Part shown: positions 18,601 through 28,279 of the stretch, piece by piece
How the letters are laid out: each line of letters opens with the position of its first letter
Numbering within the stretch: position 1 is the first letter of the stretch
Assembly (NCBI GenBank): GCA_943359345.1
Contig: CALRHE010000001.1
Coordinates: forward strand, 67,995 to 120,103
DNA from: Candidatus Uhrbacteria bacterium
GTDB taxonomy: Bacteria; Patescibacteriota; Patescibacteriia; UBA9934
Direction: 5' to 3'
DNA length: 52,109 nucleotides
Program-made: the position numbers and the translations under genes
The notes under the pieces: model-generated
Told to the model about the DNA's origin: nothing
The model's database searches: none
What the model saw: the letters and a program-made list of their open reading frames with translations, nothing else

Positions 18601-21600
18601 TGACAAAAGTTCCAGACGGCAGGCTTGGCACTACACCGTTAAGAGTTTTGTAGTCAATGAGAGCGCTGCGAGCGTCTGTTAGGTCAGTCAACCGACGCGT
18701 ATCACGCCGCAAATATTCACTTGGCGAGGCGCATGCAACCTCTGTCTCCACACACATAGTCACGTTGTCGACGTTAACCGCAAAAGCAAAGTTATCAACT
18801 ATCTGGTTGTAAATGTTAATAGTGTCATCGCTAGCACCGGCGTTATATGACAAAGCATAAACATTTGCGTACAGGTCGCCAGTAGCCGTCTGGTTGGGAG
18901 CCACCACATATGTAGTCCGACCGTCCTGTGCAGCCAAATAACCGTCAACTTCAGTTTGCGATACTTCGCCAGTAAAACCTTGAGACTCGTACCAGGCTTC
19001 AGGACTCAAATAGTCTTGATTGCTGACAACACGAATACCAATCGCGTCCGAGCTACCGGAAACCTCAAACAAGTACTCTTTAATAACGTTAGCTGACTCT
19101 GTAATCAGCGGACGCACCACAATTACCTCAGGCAAATCATCCTGCGGGCCAGCTTCAGCTTGGTCGCGACAATACAGGGTTGAAAAATTCATCCAACCTG
19201 AACCTTCTTCTGCTCCCAGATCACCATCAGCAGTGTCGCTCCAGGGTAGTTGGCTAAAATCTCCCGGCCAAGGATTTTCACACAGGAACGCCAAGACCGG
19301 AGCCGAGCCTGTAACTGTGTCTGCAGTCGGTAAATTAGTGACATTGTCCTCCACGGCTGCGGTTGCGATAACTGCATCCTCGCCATTTTCTCCAACCGCT
19401 GTCACAGTCGCGATCTCAGACCCAACTTCTGATTGTTCAACTGCAAATATCTGCGTCCCCTGCTCAGTCTCCCAGTTAGTCCAAGTCCAGGAATACACGC
19501 CTTCAATCGAATCAATGGCCTGTGGAATACCACCAGAACGTGATTCGGCCGTGGCCACAAATGTGTGTTGCTCTTCACCAGTAGCAAAGACATATGGTGA
19601 CTCAGTGTAAGTATCGGTAACCGTAACTGTATCCAGAGAGCAAATCTCAGGCCCAACCGTAAAACCCTGGAAGGTTGAACCATTCACACCCACCCCAAGA
19701 TCAGTCGTCACGCCGCCAGTCAGGCCATCAGTAACGTCATCGTCACCCTCAACAACCAGCTCATAACTACCGTTAGCTACCAGCAAAGCGTCTAGATGCA
19801 TTTGTACCTTGTAAGTACCGTCACCAAGCGCTGTTTGACCAAAAGAACTAATCGGTGCCACGCAGTCACCTGGTGCAGCGTTAACCTGATTACCGGTCAT
19901 TAACCACACGAGCTTATTCCATAATTTCAAGATTGGATTGCGCGGCTCAAGGGCTAGGGTTGTGTGATCGTCAGGACAAATACCGTCAGCCGTGCTAGAC
20001 AAATCCAGACGGGCATACATGCGCGGCTTACCAAGCGTAGCCCCATTCTGAGCAGCCTCATATTCAAAACTACTGAGATCCATCTCCTCAGTAAAAATTG
20101 CATACACAGCCGCGTTTTGACAGACAGCTTCACCATTAGGGAACAAGGTCAAGGTTGGACGCTCCAGACAACAATTATTGGTGCCTACACCATAAGCTGC
20201 CGGATCAGTACAGTCTTGATCTGTTTCAGCCGCACATAATAAGGACAAGGTAGCAGCAGTAGTCAGACCAGATTCAGCCTCAGTGACTTCGATAGTGGCT
20301 ACAGCTTGCTGTGTGCTTGGATCAACTTCAAACACAGCCTCGTTAGACACTGAGGCCACCTGGATTGGGTCAAGCTTACCGTCACCTGTAACCCCCGATT
20401 CGCAAGTTGCTAATTCACCTGTACCCGTCAGACCATCACCGCAGAAAGATGGGGTGGCATACAAACTTGAGGAACCCTCAAGTAAACAATCAGCCGAACA
20501 ACCATCACCGTTTAAGCTATTGCCATCATCACAAGCCTCACCGTATTCAATCCCGTTAAGGCCACAGCTACTGCCGTAAGTCACGGATGATCCTTCCCAC
20601 AAACAACTAGCGGAACACCCGTCGCCATCAGTTACATTGCCATCTTCACACTCTTCGGTAGGTAGCTCAATTGAACCATCATTACATACGGCCCCGCCTA
20701 TTTCAGACAGTGTTGGCGAGCCCTCCCACAAACATTCATTTGAACACCCATCGCCCCGGGCGGCGTTACCATCGTCACACTCTTCTCCCGCCAAAGCTGT
20801 GGGGCTGGTAACGGCCACATCACTATTACCGCAACTAACCCCAATCGCAGCCGCTCCCTCAGATAAACACCCGGCCGAACAACCATCACCATCAAGCAAA
20901 TTACCGTCATCACAATCTTCACCTGTGCCGTCAGGGGCGCGGTTAACTAGATTGTCACCACAGCCTGGAGCCTCGCTGGCCTCACGCAAGCAGCTGGCCG
21001 AACAACCATCACCATTAGCTACATTGCCATCTTCACACTCCTCACTGTAATCAATAACTCCGTCACCACAAATCGCCGTTTGTGGCCAACTCCCAGCTGC
21101 GGTACATGAAGCCGAGCAACCAGCTGAGATATCACTTAAATTAGTGTCAACCAAACCAACTTCCCAGACAGCTACACGGGTGGCAGGATTATTATCCACG
21201 TCTTCATCAGCAATCGGATCGGTCCAACCCCAGTTATAGTTGAAACCGTTCAAACGTTGGCCGGAAACCGAACATGAGTCAGCCTCGCCATAAGCTTCAC
21301 CGGTAAAGGTTTGCTGCGCACCCACTGTAGCCACGGTCACCTCAGACGGCGACAAAGTCAGTCTATCAATAGCACACACTGAAGCGTCCTCGCGCACGCG
21401 GAAAGTCCAAGAGTAGTCGCCAGCGTAATTGGTACGCGTTAAAGCTACCCCACTCGTACTGGTAATCGCTCCATCAACAATCACCCTGTAAAACTTAAGC
21501 GGGATCAAATCCACAGAATTAAAAGCAAAACCGGTGCAGCTGGCATCAGCGTCATAGGTACAAGTGACCGTAGTGCCTGCCACGCTTTGTAAGTTCGAAC

Positions 21601-24600
21601 ACAGTTCATTATCGCAAACGTACAGCTGAATGGCGCCAGCGGCCTCAAGACTATTTTTCTCCATGGCTGTATTAAAGCTCGCGCCCACCTCAGCATTCAC
21701 GCAAGCCTCAGTACAGGTAGGCCAAGAGTTGGTAATGTAGGGGTCTGAAAAATTAACCGTCAACGCAGCCTGTGCTTGCAAGCCGCTGTCAGTTTCTGTG
21801 ACAATTACTTCCGTCTCACCTTCAGCTAGGGCTCCAATGAAGGCACACAAACTGTCACCGGCCGTACAGGTTGCGTCATAACCGTCTTCACTTGGAATAT
21901 CAACCACGCGCGCATAGCTTGGGTCCACCGACCAACTCCAATGAAAGTCAGGATTTTGCAAAACAGTACAACCATTAATCGGCACGGCCGTAAAAGCTTG
22001 TGTACCGTTCAATTCACGAATAGTGGCTGCGTCAGGCGTAATGACAACATTTTCAAGCTGACACAAGCTGGCGTCGGCACGCGTGGTAAAGGTCCAAACA
22101 CTTGGATTAGCCAGAGGTACACCTTCACTAGATAAAATCGACTCAAACGCAGTGACCTGATAAACCGTACTAATCTTCAAGCTTGTGGCTGGATAAAAGA
22201 GTACGTTAGTTGAGGTTGTCAGGTACTCACCGGCCACGGGGCTGGTTTGATCGCAGGGATTATTGCCGCTACCCAAACACTCTTCAAGCACAAGGTTATT
22301 TAAAGTGGCTTCGTTCATGGGCAACGTGAAGTCCACAAACACTGCAGCGTTCACACACACGCCAGGGCCGTTGTCGAAATCATCATTCGGAACACCTGAC
22401 ACAGCCGTATCTGAGCACTCAAAAACTATTTCCGGTGCAGTTGGTATCAGACCACTCGAAAAACTCCAGGCGTAAGCAGCTAGTTCACCCGCCGCTGACA
22501 CAACTCCGTCAGCTGAGACTTCAAGATTAGTAGAATTACTGGCAGTGCCCGCGGAGTTACTTGCTAGCACCGCACCGGTCATAGCACCGTCTGGCACCAC
22601 CACACTAATCTCAGCCTCTGACCAAGATTGGATATCACCAATTACAGCTGGGGTGAAGGTTACGCTGCCTTGGCTGTCACCAAAATTATCTCCATACAGC
22701 GTGACCGCATCCCCGGCCACGGCCTGGGCCGGATCAATTGCACATAAACCAGGGGTCGGAGATTCATCCGTCAGTGTAAAGGTCGAAGGGTTGGATTCAT
22801 TGCCATTGGCCACTAAAATCAAGTTGTATGATCCTAATTCGCCAAGTCCTTTAGGCACAATCACAATCACCTCTTGGTATGACCAAAAATCATCGGCACA
22901 GGCGGCTGGGAAACTGTCTGTGTCAGCCAAAACTCGCTCACCCGAGGCCTGGTCCTCAAACCACACCGTACCCACACCACTACCAAAGTTGGTTCCGGAT
23001 AACGTTATATATTGACCCTCACCACCAGAACTCGGGGTTAGGCTAGAGATAAACGGCACAGCGGCAACCTGCGAGGTTACCGTAAAAGCAATCGCGTTCG
23101 AGACGATGCTGTCCACACTTATCGCTACACCATATTGTCCGTCACTCATCGACGGCACCGTGACCTCGGCCGCAGTGGCTGACCAACTGTTATAGCTACC
23201 GGCCTCAAGGGTGTCGAAAGTGATTATCGAGGAGCCGCGCTCGTCTCCAAAACTCACGCCCGTAATCGTCACCGCGTCGTTAATCGCACCGACACTAGGA
23301 TCGATGTCACACAAGCCCGGATGATTAACGTCGTTAACATCAAAATCAGCGATTAAGAGGCCGTTATCATCAAAGGTTGATTCGACCCCACCCGTGGCCG
23401 TGGTCACGGTAATCGGTCCATCAACTGCGCCCTCAGGTACTACAACAATGATCTGGGTATTGCTCCAGGCGTCAGTACAGCTAGCCAGTTCAGCCGTGAT
23501 GGTGCCGGCAGCACTCGTAAACAAAACCGTACCTGCCAGACTGCCGAAATTCTCTCCTTGGATAGTTACCCAGGTGCCGGGTGCACCATCCGGTGGCGTA
23601 ATCGATTCGATCACGGGCAACGAGGTACAAATACCGCCTTCACACATGCCGCTTGAACACTCGTCGTTGGCGTTACATGACGAGCCATCACAGGCGCCAC
23701 AATAATCTGGGCTGGCACTGTCGCCGCCACAGTCTGGACCAGTCTCAAGTCCATCCGTGACACCGTTGAAACAGGTAGGCGGCCGCATCTCAACCGTGAT
23801 CGAATCTTCATCAGCATTACCAGCGATGTCAATGACAGTGGCCGTTAATTTATACGAGCTACCGTTCAATAACCCAGCCGTATCCCACACGCTATTGATC
23901 AAGACATTGGTCAAATCTTCACCACTGGCCGGAACTGAATCAAAAATCAAATCGCTAACGGCAAAATCAGCTACTGAAACTTGAGCATCGTCGGTGGCAC
24001 TCACCTGGACATCTACCAACGACTCACTCGGGACTCCGGCTCCGTCATCTGGCAACTCCATGTGAGCCACTGGGTCTTCAGTATCTATAAGCGTACCGGT
24101 CGTGAAGGCTGAAGCACATAAGCTGTTTGCACATGACAACACTGTGCCCATCGAACTCTTGACATCAGTATTGACTGTCACGTTTACGAGAGCATTCTCA
24201 TCAAAACAGCCGCGGTCGGAATCTGGGTCTGGACACGGCGTGGCTGGTACAAAAGATACCCGGCTACCACTCACAGTCAGCTCACCTGGAATTTCAACTC
24301 CCCCGTTATCGTAAATAAACTTAATATTCTCGCTTGTAACCGTGCTAGCATCAAGGGTTTTACTAAAGGTAATCTGGGGTACAACGTTGCGAATCAACAC
24401 CTGTCCCGCTGGTTTGTGCAAGGTGATAGAAAAGACACTGGCTGAGCCACCGCCTAAACCGCCGTCAGCCACGTCATCAAAACTTGATCCACCTGCGTCG
24501 TCGCTCGTGGCGTTTATGAGAGCTTCGAGCACCAGCTGAGTAATCCCGAACGAGGCCAAAATTATAAACAGGCCCACACCGGCGTTGATAATCAAACGCT

Positions 24601-24892
24601 TGGCGCGCGTAACTCTGTCTTCATTCCCGCCAGCAGTCATCCACAAAAAGCCGCCATAAATGAGGATGATCATGGCGATCATGCCGAGGATACCTAGGCC
24701 CCCCCGAATAATCTTAGCTACGATGATGGTCGGATCTTGCGCACTCAAACCCGCCGCTGTACCCACCGTATCCAGACCTTCAACGCTCACGTCAGCTGAC
24801 TGTGCCAGCAGCTCCGGCGCCGCAACGCTAAACGCGAGCGTCAGGGCAAGCGCTAGAGCCAAGAAAATTTGTGTAAAAACTGACGATTTCAT
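15650..24892 (-). CDS. Giant (3080 aa) multidomain surface protein: VirB2-like pilin, Ig-like, IPT/TIG, myxobacterial Cys-rich repeats, PsbP-like, pilin-like, vWA
   Basis: Uninterrupted ORF. Signal peptide plus YGGFLWMTAGG..VTRAK..IINA pilin motif; P..G..G..VTI.G.NFG...W...I.V.VP IPT repeats; CGDG..EECDDGN..GDGCS..C repeats; VLFVTDLSYT...LLSDG vWA. Confidence 0.9.
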   Translation of the reverse strand: MKSSVFTQIFLALALALTLAFSVAAPELLAQSADVSVEGLDTVGTAAGLSAQDPTIIVAKIIRGGLGILGMIAMIILIYGGFLWMTAGGNEDRVTRAKRLIINAGVGLFIILASFGITQLVLEALINATSDDAGGSSFDDVADGGLGGGSASVFSITLHKPAGQVLIRNVVPQITFSKTLDASTVTSENIKFIYDNGGVEIPGELTVSGSRVSFVPATPCPDPDSDRGCFDENALVNVTVNTDVKSSMGTVLSCANSLCASAFTTGTLIDTEDPVAHMELPDDGAGVPSESLVDVQVSATDDAQVSVADFAVSDLIFDSVPASGEDLTNVLINSVWDTAGLLNGSSYKLTATVIDIAGNADEDSITVEMRPPTCFNGVTDGLETGPDCGGDSASPDYCGACDGSSCNANDECSSGMCEGGICTSLPVIESITPPDGAPGTWVTIQGENFGSLAGTVLFTSAAGTITAELASCTDAWSNTQIIVVVPEGAVDGPITVTTATGGVESTFDDNGLLIADFDVNDVNHPGLCDIDPSVGAINDAVTITGVSFGDERGSSIITFDTLEAGSYNSWSATAAEVTVPSMSDGQYGVAISVDSIVSNAIAFTVTSQVAAVPFISSLTPSSGGEGQYITLSGTNFGSGVGTVWFEDQASGERVLADTDSFPAACADDFWSYQEVIVIVPKGLGELGSYNLILVANGNESNPSTFTLTDESPTPGLCAIDPAQAVAGDAVTLYGDNFGDSQGSVTFTPAVIGDIQSWSEAEISVVVPDGAMTGAVLASNSAGTASNSTNLEVSADGVVSAAGELAAYAWSFSSGLIPTAPEIVFECSDTAVSGVPNDDFDNGPGVCVNAAVFVDFTLPMNEATLNNLVLEECLGSGNNPCDQTSPVAGEYLTTSTNVLFYPATSLKISTVYQVTAFESILSSEGVPLANPSVWTFTTRADASLCQLENVVITPDAATIRELNGTQAFTAVPINGCTVLQNPDFHWSWSVDPSYARVVDIPSEDGYDATCTAGDSLCAFIGALAEGETEVIVTETDSGLQAQAALTVNFSDPYITNSWPTCTEACVNAEVGASFNTAMEKNSLEAAGAIQLYVCDNELCSNLQSVAGTTVTCTYDADASCTGFAFNSVDLIPLKFYRVIVDGAITSTSGVALTRTNYAGDYSWTFRVREDASVCAIDRLTLSPSEVTVATVGAQQTFTGEAYGEADSCSVSGQRLNGFNYNWGWTDPIADEDVDNNPATRVAVWEVGLVDTNLSDISAGCSASCTAAGSWPQTAICGDGVIDYSEECEDGNVANGDGCSASCLREASEAPGCGDNLVNRAPDGTGEDCDDGNLLDGDGCSAGCLSEGAAAIGVSCGNSDVAVTSPTALAGEECDDGNAARGDGCSNECLWEGSPTLSEIGGAVCNDGSIELPTEECEDGNVTDGDGCSASCLWEGSSVTYGSSCGLNGIEYGEACDDGNSLNGDGCSADCLLEGSSSLYATPSFCGDGLTGTGELATCESGVTGDGKLDPIQVASVSNEAVFEVDPSTQQAVATIEVTEAESGLTTAATLSLLCAAETDQDCTDPAAYGVGTNNCCLERPTLTLFPNGEAVCQNAAVYAIFTEEMDLSSFEYEAAQNGATLGKPRMYARLDLSSTADGICPDDHTTLALEPRNPILKLWNKLVWLMTGNQVNAAPGDCVAPISSFGQTALGDGTYKVQMHLDALLVANGSYELVVEGDDDVTDGLTGGVTTDLGVGVNGSTFQGFTVGPEICSLDTVTVTDTYTESPYVFATGEEQHTFVATAESRSGGIPQAIDSIEGVYSWTWTNWETEQGTQIFAVEQSEVGSEIATVTAVGENGEDAVIATAAVEDNVTNLPTADTVTGSAPVLAFLCENPWPGDFSQLPWSDTADGDLGAEEGSGWMNFSTLYCRDQAEAGPQDDLPEVIVVRPLITESANVIKEYLFEVSGSSDAIGIRVVSNQDYLSPEAWYESQGFTGEVSQTEVDGYLAAQDGRTTYVVAPNQTATGDLYANVYALSYNAGASDDTINIYNQIVDNFAFAVNVDNVTMCVETEVACASPSEYLRRDTRRLTDLTDARSALIDYKTLNGVVPSLPSGTFVRSLTSSIWESWNSILGGALSTTLSADPINDYVACGGSGYEAYDAETCVNELTGTYVCPVNSHAYHYKAVGDTQAYLYADLEYATGTWVNPIEDDNLDGVTISIGNSSAAANGFEATAFCDGTSIYGLSTSCGDGVVGGAEVCELGQLGGSAAPCTTPEGLAGTSSQICNSSCDNYADDSSATCIVVTCGDGIIQINNEAGEDCDDGSLNGTYGFCGNDCSYYTAFYCGDGKLAGGEVCDCGLSVLMSFADSRAYGAGAGSCADVNGVYADSPNATCAWDCAGPAAYCGDGTIDSSETCDGVDATWDGKLCANTSPAGYANLPCTSDTDCNGGVCGGNGVGNRVACTLGSTRVMACDDDAGASCDYFESDWFDIECTEIGSCGDGAIDPGEECDDGNIEGTDSCTDQCKVNVCGDSYVYVGEEQCDEGLDNGTGCDSAYGSTCTACSLACRYEVTSGEFCGDGEINGGEYCDANSILPVWYDFATSTIDGTCTVLGQIQDSYTCESVGVCNGGGLENNGTSCLSSSECGTGTCVMPGCNQSCNSTCPFTYASVPLQMTTNQPGADASEVAEFFSYSEDLTSELPNAATLTVPACSVATSLTASVSLDEVELPTTYVLFVTDLSYTMQWEVGSNDLPEAGEDNRLEVAKDAIAAAAEELYDKLGDDVQIGAIGYRGLVGGTCFYHPETVCNVLGVNNDILCSSANFGDYCNDSSSSLEGTFFGPEPFDFVGPDGEDDLTAYTYALTFDPLSAGVDGHGTFTYEALLETKEMFDDIADSSLGDNARYIAILLSDGEVTDDSNYAAPDDDIVSLDPIEIAEDFDSYIPDTAGYELYTANLSNTGSWIENMKNWSSNSYNNADGTGEDSFATNEKEFETVPRAGTPRETSTFNGLDYAYNGDTDEEMAEMYDQIVDSIVEIAVTIVSENDGDVVQTTGFIEQGENVLLPWPDNFVCDDVFEQQVPIRISFPGIGMVEVSNVQLNYCAP

Positions 24893-24901
24893 GTGCCAAG
24901 A

Positions 24902-26689
24902 TTAGAACAGCGCGCAGGCCGTGGCCTGGGCTTGACCGTTACAGCAATACGGAACGTTCTCAGTCACGCCACATAGCCCACCAACTGCATCCGGTCCTTG
25001 GGCTGGCAGATAGCAGTTCTGATACTGGTTACGCACACCTTGAGAAACGTTAATGCCGTAGACGTAGGTTTTGCCGTCAATCGATTCGAGCAAGACGCCA
25101 TGTGGTATGGTCACGAATGATTTGACCGGAAGCATGGTGTCATCAGTCACCTCAAGTCCATCAAGCGTGAGACTATTCACGTCAAAGCGATACCACTGCT
25201 CATGACTCTCACCACTTGTGACCTCAGTATTAGTGAGGGTGATGTTGTCAGACGTTACGCTCGAGCTCAACAGAATATCACTAAAAATCATGGTCACATC
25301 CTGGTCCAAAGCTACGTTTTCAGCTGCAATATCTGGCGAGATGGCCTCGATGGAACTGCCCAACAAATAAATCTCGTCCGTAGTTGTAAATTCCCAGGTG
25401 TAATTATCCCCAGCTACACCGTCATCATTACCATCAAGCGAGTTAGCGGCCATATCCACAACGCCGTCGTACGGAAAGGCCTGCGCCTGGGGTGGCGTGG
25501 CCCCCACCGTAGCGGCTTTCACGGTCGTATTGATGGCTTGTCCGCCCGGCAAACAATAAATGGTTTCGCCGCACGAGTTAGTGCCGCAATTTACATCAGA
25601 CTGAAAAGTGACCGACTTGTAACCATTAGAAATGGTGTAGGTGCCAGCTGTTGGGACTAGAGTAACCCCCAAGACCTGAAGATTAGTAAACCCACTGTCT
25701 GACAGACGAATACCGCTGACAGTTGTGGGATCCATCGGTTCATCAAAAGTCACTTGCACGGTGATATTCTTAGCGTATGCGCCGCCAGCGACAGGAGTAA
25801 CCGACACAATGGCTGGCGGATCAAGATCAAGATTGACGCCCGTAATAAATGACCACTCATAACCACCACTGTAGCTGCCTGTAAAAATCTTTTGACCGTT
25901 CACATCTTCAAGATCATTCTCAAGAAAAACTGTATATGACACGTCTTCTGTAGCTGAACCTAAATACTCAACCGGATTAAACACAAAAGTGCGGAGATCG
26001 TCCGTGAAGTAAACATCTACATTAGTCAGGGCCTCGCTCTCACCGTTAGCTGAGGCGTAAATCTTAATGTTATCTGTCTTAATGGCAGTGGCCTGAATAT
26101 CATCACTTACATCGAGGGGGGTGCCACTATCGTCATAACCCTCAATCAAAGATTCAATTAACATCTGGTTACGGAAGGTTACGTTGATATTGGTGTTGCG
26201 GGCCACATCTGTTTGATCACGCCAAGGGTAATGATCCTGCACCGCACCAGCCCCAAGCGAGCCTGAAAAAGCCGGGATAGTCACTGATCCATTACCACCG
26301 TCATCGTTGTCGGCACCCGTGGCGTCCAACAGGGCGTTGATAATAAAGGCCGTAATTCCGTAAGCGAACAAGATAATCACTAAGCCAACCACGGCGTTAA
26401 TCAACATTTTCTTGGCGCGGGCTACTTGCTTGTCATCACCACCGGCCGTCATCCACAAAAAACCCGAGTAGATGAAAATAATCAAAAAGATAATCCCAAG
26501 CAGTCCCAGGAAAACTTTAATGATGTTGCCGATGACGCTGGTTAGATCAGAATTGCCGAGCGAAGTTTGACTAGCTGTAACTGCGAGCTCGTCTGTTTGT
26601 GCTAGTACCGGCAAACCAACCAACAAGAACAACGCTAAGAGGAGCGTCGAAAATAGAAATATTTTAGCTCGAGATAACACAAACTTCAC
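24902..26689 (-). CDS. VirB2-like pilin fused to Ig-like (Big_5-type) domains
   Basis: YSGFLWMTAGGDDKQVARAKKMLINAVVG pilin motif; VARNTNINVTF and VQVTFDEPMDPTTV Ig-like motifs; GTG start. Confidence 0.85.
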   Translation of the reverse strand: MKFVLSRAKIFLFSTLLLALFLLVGLPVLAQTDELAVTASQTSLGNSDLTSVIGNIIKVFLGLLGIIFLIIFIYSGFLWMTAGGDDKQVARAKKMLINAVVGLVIILFAYGITAFIINALLDATGADNDDGGNGSVTIPAFSGSLGAGAVQDHYPWRDQTDVARNTNINVTFRNQMLIESLIEGYDDSGTPLDVSDDIQATAIKTDNIKIYASANGESEALTNVDVYFTDDLRTFVFNPVEYLGSATEDVSYTVFLENDLEDVNGQKIFTGSYSGGYEWSFITGVNLDLDPPAIVSVTPVAGGAYAKNITVQVTFDEPMDPTTVSGIRLSDSGFTNLQVLGVTLVPTAGTYTISNGYKSVTFQSDVNCGTNSCGETIYCLPGGQAINTTVKAATVGATPPQAQAFPYDGVVDMAANSLDGNDDGVAGDNYTWEFTTTDEIYLLGSSIEAISPDIAAENVALDQDVTMIFSDILLSSSVTSDNITLTNTEVTSGESHEQWYRFDVNSLTLDGLEVTDDTMLPVKSFVTIPHGVLLESIDGKTYVYGINVSQGVRNQYQNCYLPAQGPDAVGGLCGVTENVPYCCNGQAQATACALF

Positions 26690-26714
26690 TCCTGTATTTT
26701 ACACTAAAAAATGC

Positions 26715-27803
26715 CTAACTTTTACCCGGTGTGGGGACAAGGCGACTCGTAATCAAACGACGCAGCTGATCAAGCCCAACTTTAGTCAGGGCTGAGACAT
26801 AAGCTGCGGCTGGCTCATGAGCCAGCTCAGCCTCTAAATCATCAAGTTTATTGAACACCTGGATGCGTGGCCTATCACCCAAGCCAAGCTCTAACAAAAT
26901 ATCCTCGACCACTTTAATCTTCATGTCAGTCTTAGGATCAGTAGCGTCAATCACGTGTAAGATTAGATCAGCGTGAATGGCCTCAGACAAAGTTGAACGA
27001 AAGGCTTGAACCAGTTCCGGCGGCAAACCCTGAATAAATCCAATCGTGTCAGACAACAAAACCGAGGTCTTGAGCTCAGGTAAATACAGCTCTCCAATTC
27101 TAGTCTCTAAGGTTGCAAATAGCTTGTCATCCGCATACTCGCGCCGTTTGGTCAGTGCGTTCAAGAGTGATGTCTTACCAGCGTTGGTATAACCCACCAA
27201 AGCCACGGTTTTAAACTTGTTACGAACACGATTTTTCCTTTGCTCAACATGCTGGCTTTCATAAGCCTCAAGCTTAGTCAGAATCCGCCGCTCCTGCTCA
27301 CGTAAATGGCGCTTCATGACTTCAGTGTTACCTTCACCGGCACCACCACGCGTGCCCGTACCACCCCGTTGGCGTCCAAGCTGAGCACCTAAGTTATAAA
27401 TACGCGGCCCCATGTGACGCAAGCGGGCCAGCTCTATTTGCAGCTTAGCTTCCGCACTCGTGGCATGCTTATCAAAAATATGCAAAATCAAATCTATCCG
27501 ATCCCAAACTTTTATTTTTGCGGGCGCCAAAACCTCTTCAAGATTGAAAATCTGTCCTGGTTTTAAAAGCTCATTCACCACGAGCACGTTGGCCTGATGT
27601 AACGGTTGGGTGTCGATAATCTCTTTGATCTTACCCTTACCAACAAAAGTAGCGTAATCGGGCTTAGCCCGACGCTGAATAGTCTTAACCACGGCCAGAC
27701 CACCGTACGTACGTGTCAGGTCGGCCAACTCAGCCATCCGGTCCTCGGCGGCTTGTTTAGATGTGGCGTAATGGATCACGTCAGCAAGAACGGCGCGTAG
27801 CAT
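26715..27803 (-). CDS. hflX: GTPase HflX
   Basis: VGKGK, LILHIFDKHA, KLQIELA, GYTNAGKTS, LFATL, DTIGF, NKLD. Confidence 0.97.
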   Translation of the reverse strand: MLRAVLADVIHYATSKQAAEDRMAELADLTRTYGGLAVVKTIQRRAKPDYATFVGKGKIKEIIDTQPLHQANVLVVNELLKPGQIFNLEEVLAPAKIKVWDRIDLILHIFDKHATSAEAKLQIELARLRHMGPRIYNLGAQLGRQRGGTGTRGGAGEGNTEVMKRHLREQERRILTKLEAYESQHVEQRKNRVRNKFKTVALVGYTNAGKTSLLNALTKRREYADDKLFATLETRIGELYLPELKTSVLLSDTIGFIQGLPPELVQAFRSTLSEAIHADLILHVIDATDPKTDMKIKVVEDILLELGLGDRPRIQVFNKLDDLEAELAHEPAAAYVSALTKVGLDQLRRLITSRLVPTPGKS

Positions 27804-27809
27804 GGACAA

Positions 27810-28256
27810 TTAGGCAACTAAAAGTTTATCTAGCAGAGCCTTAATCCTGGAGCCATCAGCCTGGCCTTTGAGCTCGTTAGCCAGTACTCCCATCACCTTA
27901 CCCGCCTGAGCGGCCTCGGTGACACCAAGCTCTTGCAACTTAGCCCGCACGCGTAGCTCGAGCTCTTCGTCGCTCATTTGAGCAGGTAGGTACCGAGCGA
28001 GTATCTCAAGTTCACGCCGAGCTTTAGTAGCTAGATCTTCACGAGCATTTTGAACGAAACTCTCCAGCGAGTCAGCTATTTTTTTAGCGTCAGCCTTAAT
28101 CACAGCCACTACATCAGCCTCAGCCAAATCCTTACCTACTGCTAGCGCCTTGTTGCGAATTGAAGTTATAGTCATGCGCAAAATGTCCAGGGTGTTGCTG
28201 TCCCTAGCCTTCATAGCCGCCTTCATGTCTTCGTTCAACTGCTTTTCAAGTTCCAT
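27810..28256 (-). CDS. yqeY: GatB/YqeY domain protein
   Basis: DMKAAMKARD...ELEILARYLPAQMS...GKVMG...GQADG; downstream of rpsU. Confidence 0.93.
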   Translation of the reverse strand: MELEKQLNEDMKAAMKARDSNTLDILRMTITSIRNKALAVGKDLAEADVVAVIKADAKKIADSLESFVQNAREDLATKARRELEILARYLPAQMSDEELELRVRAKLQELGVTEAAQAGKVMGVLANELKGQADGSRIKALLDKLLVA

Positions 28257-28279
28257 ATATAAGTATGTATTTCAAGATC

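Noticed and set aside
20750-20760. RGD tripeptide in the giant protein as an integrin-binding motif
   Set aside because: It is one variant of the xGDGC repeat (others are NGD and DGD) and is expected by chance.
20470-21075. Cys-rich tandem repeats as a DGR template/variable repeat pair or CRISPR
   Set aside because: They are in-frame protein repeats that are divergent at the DNA level. I saw no adenine-specific mismatch pattern and no reverse transcriptase in the window.
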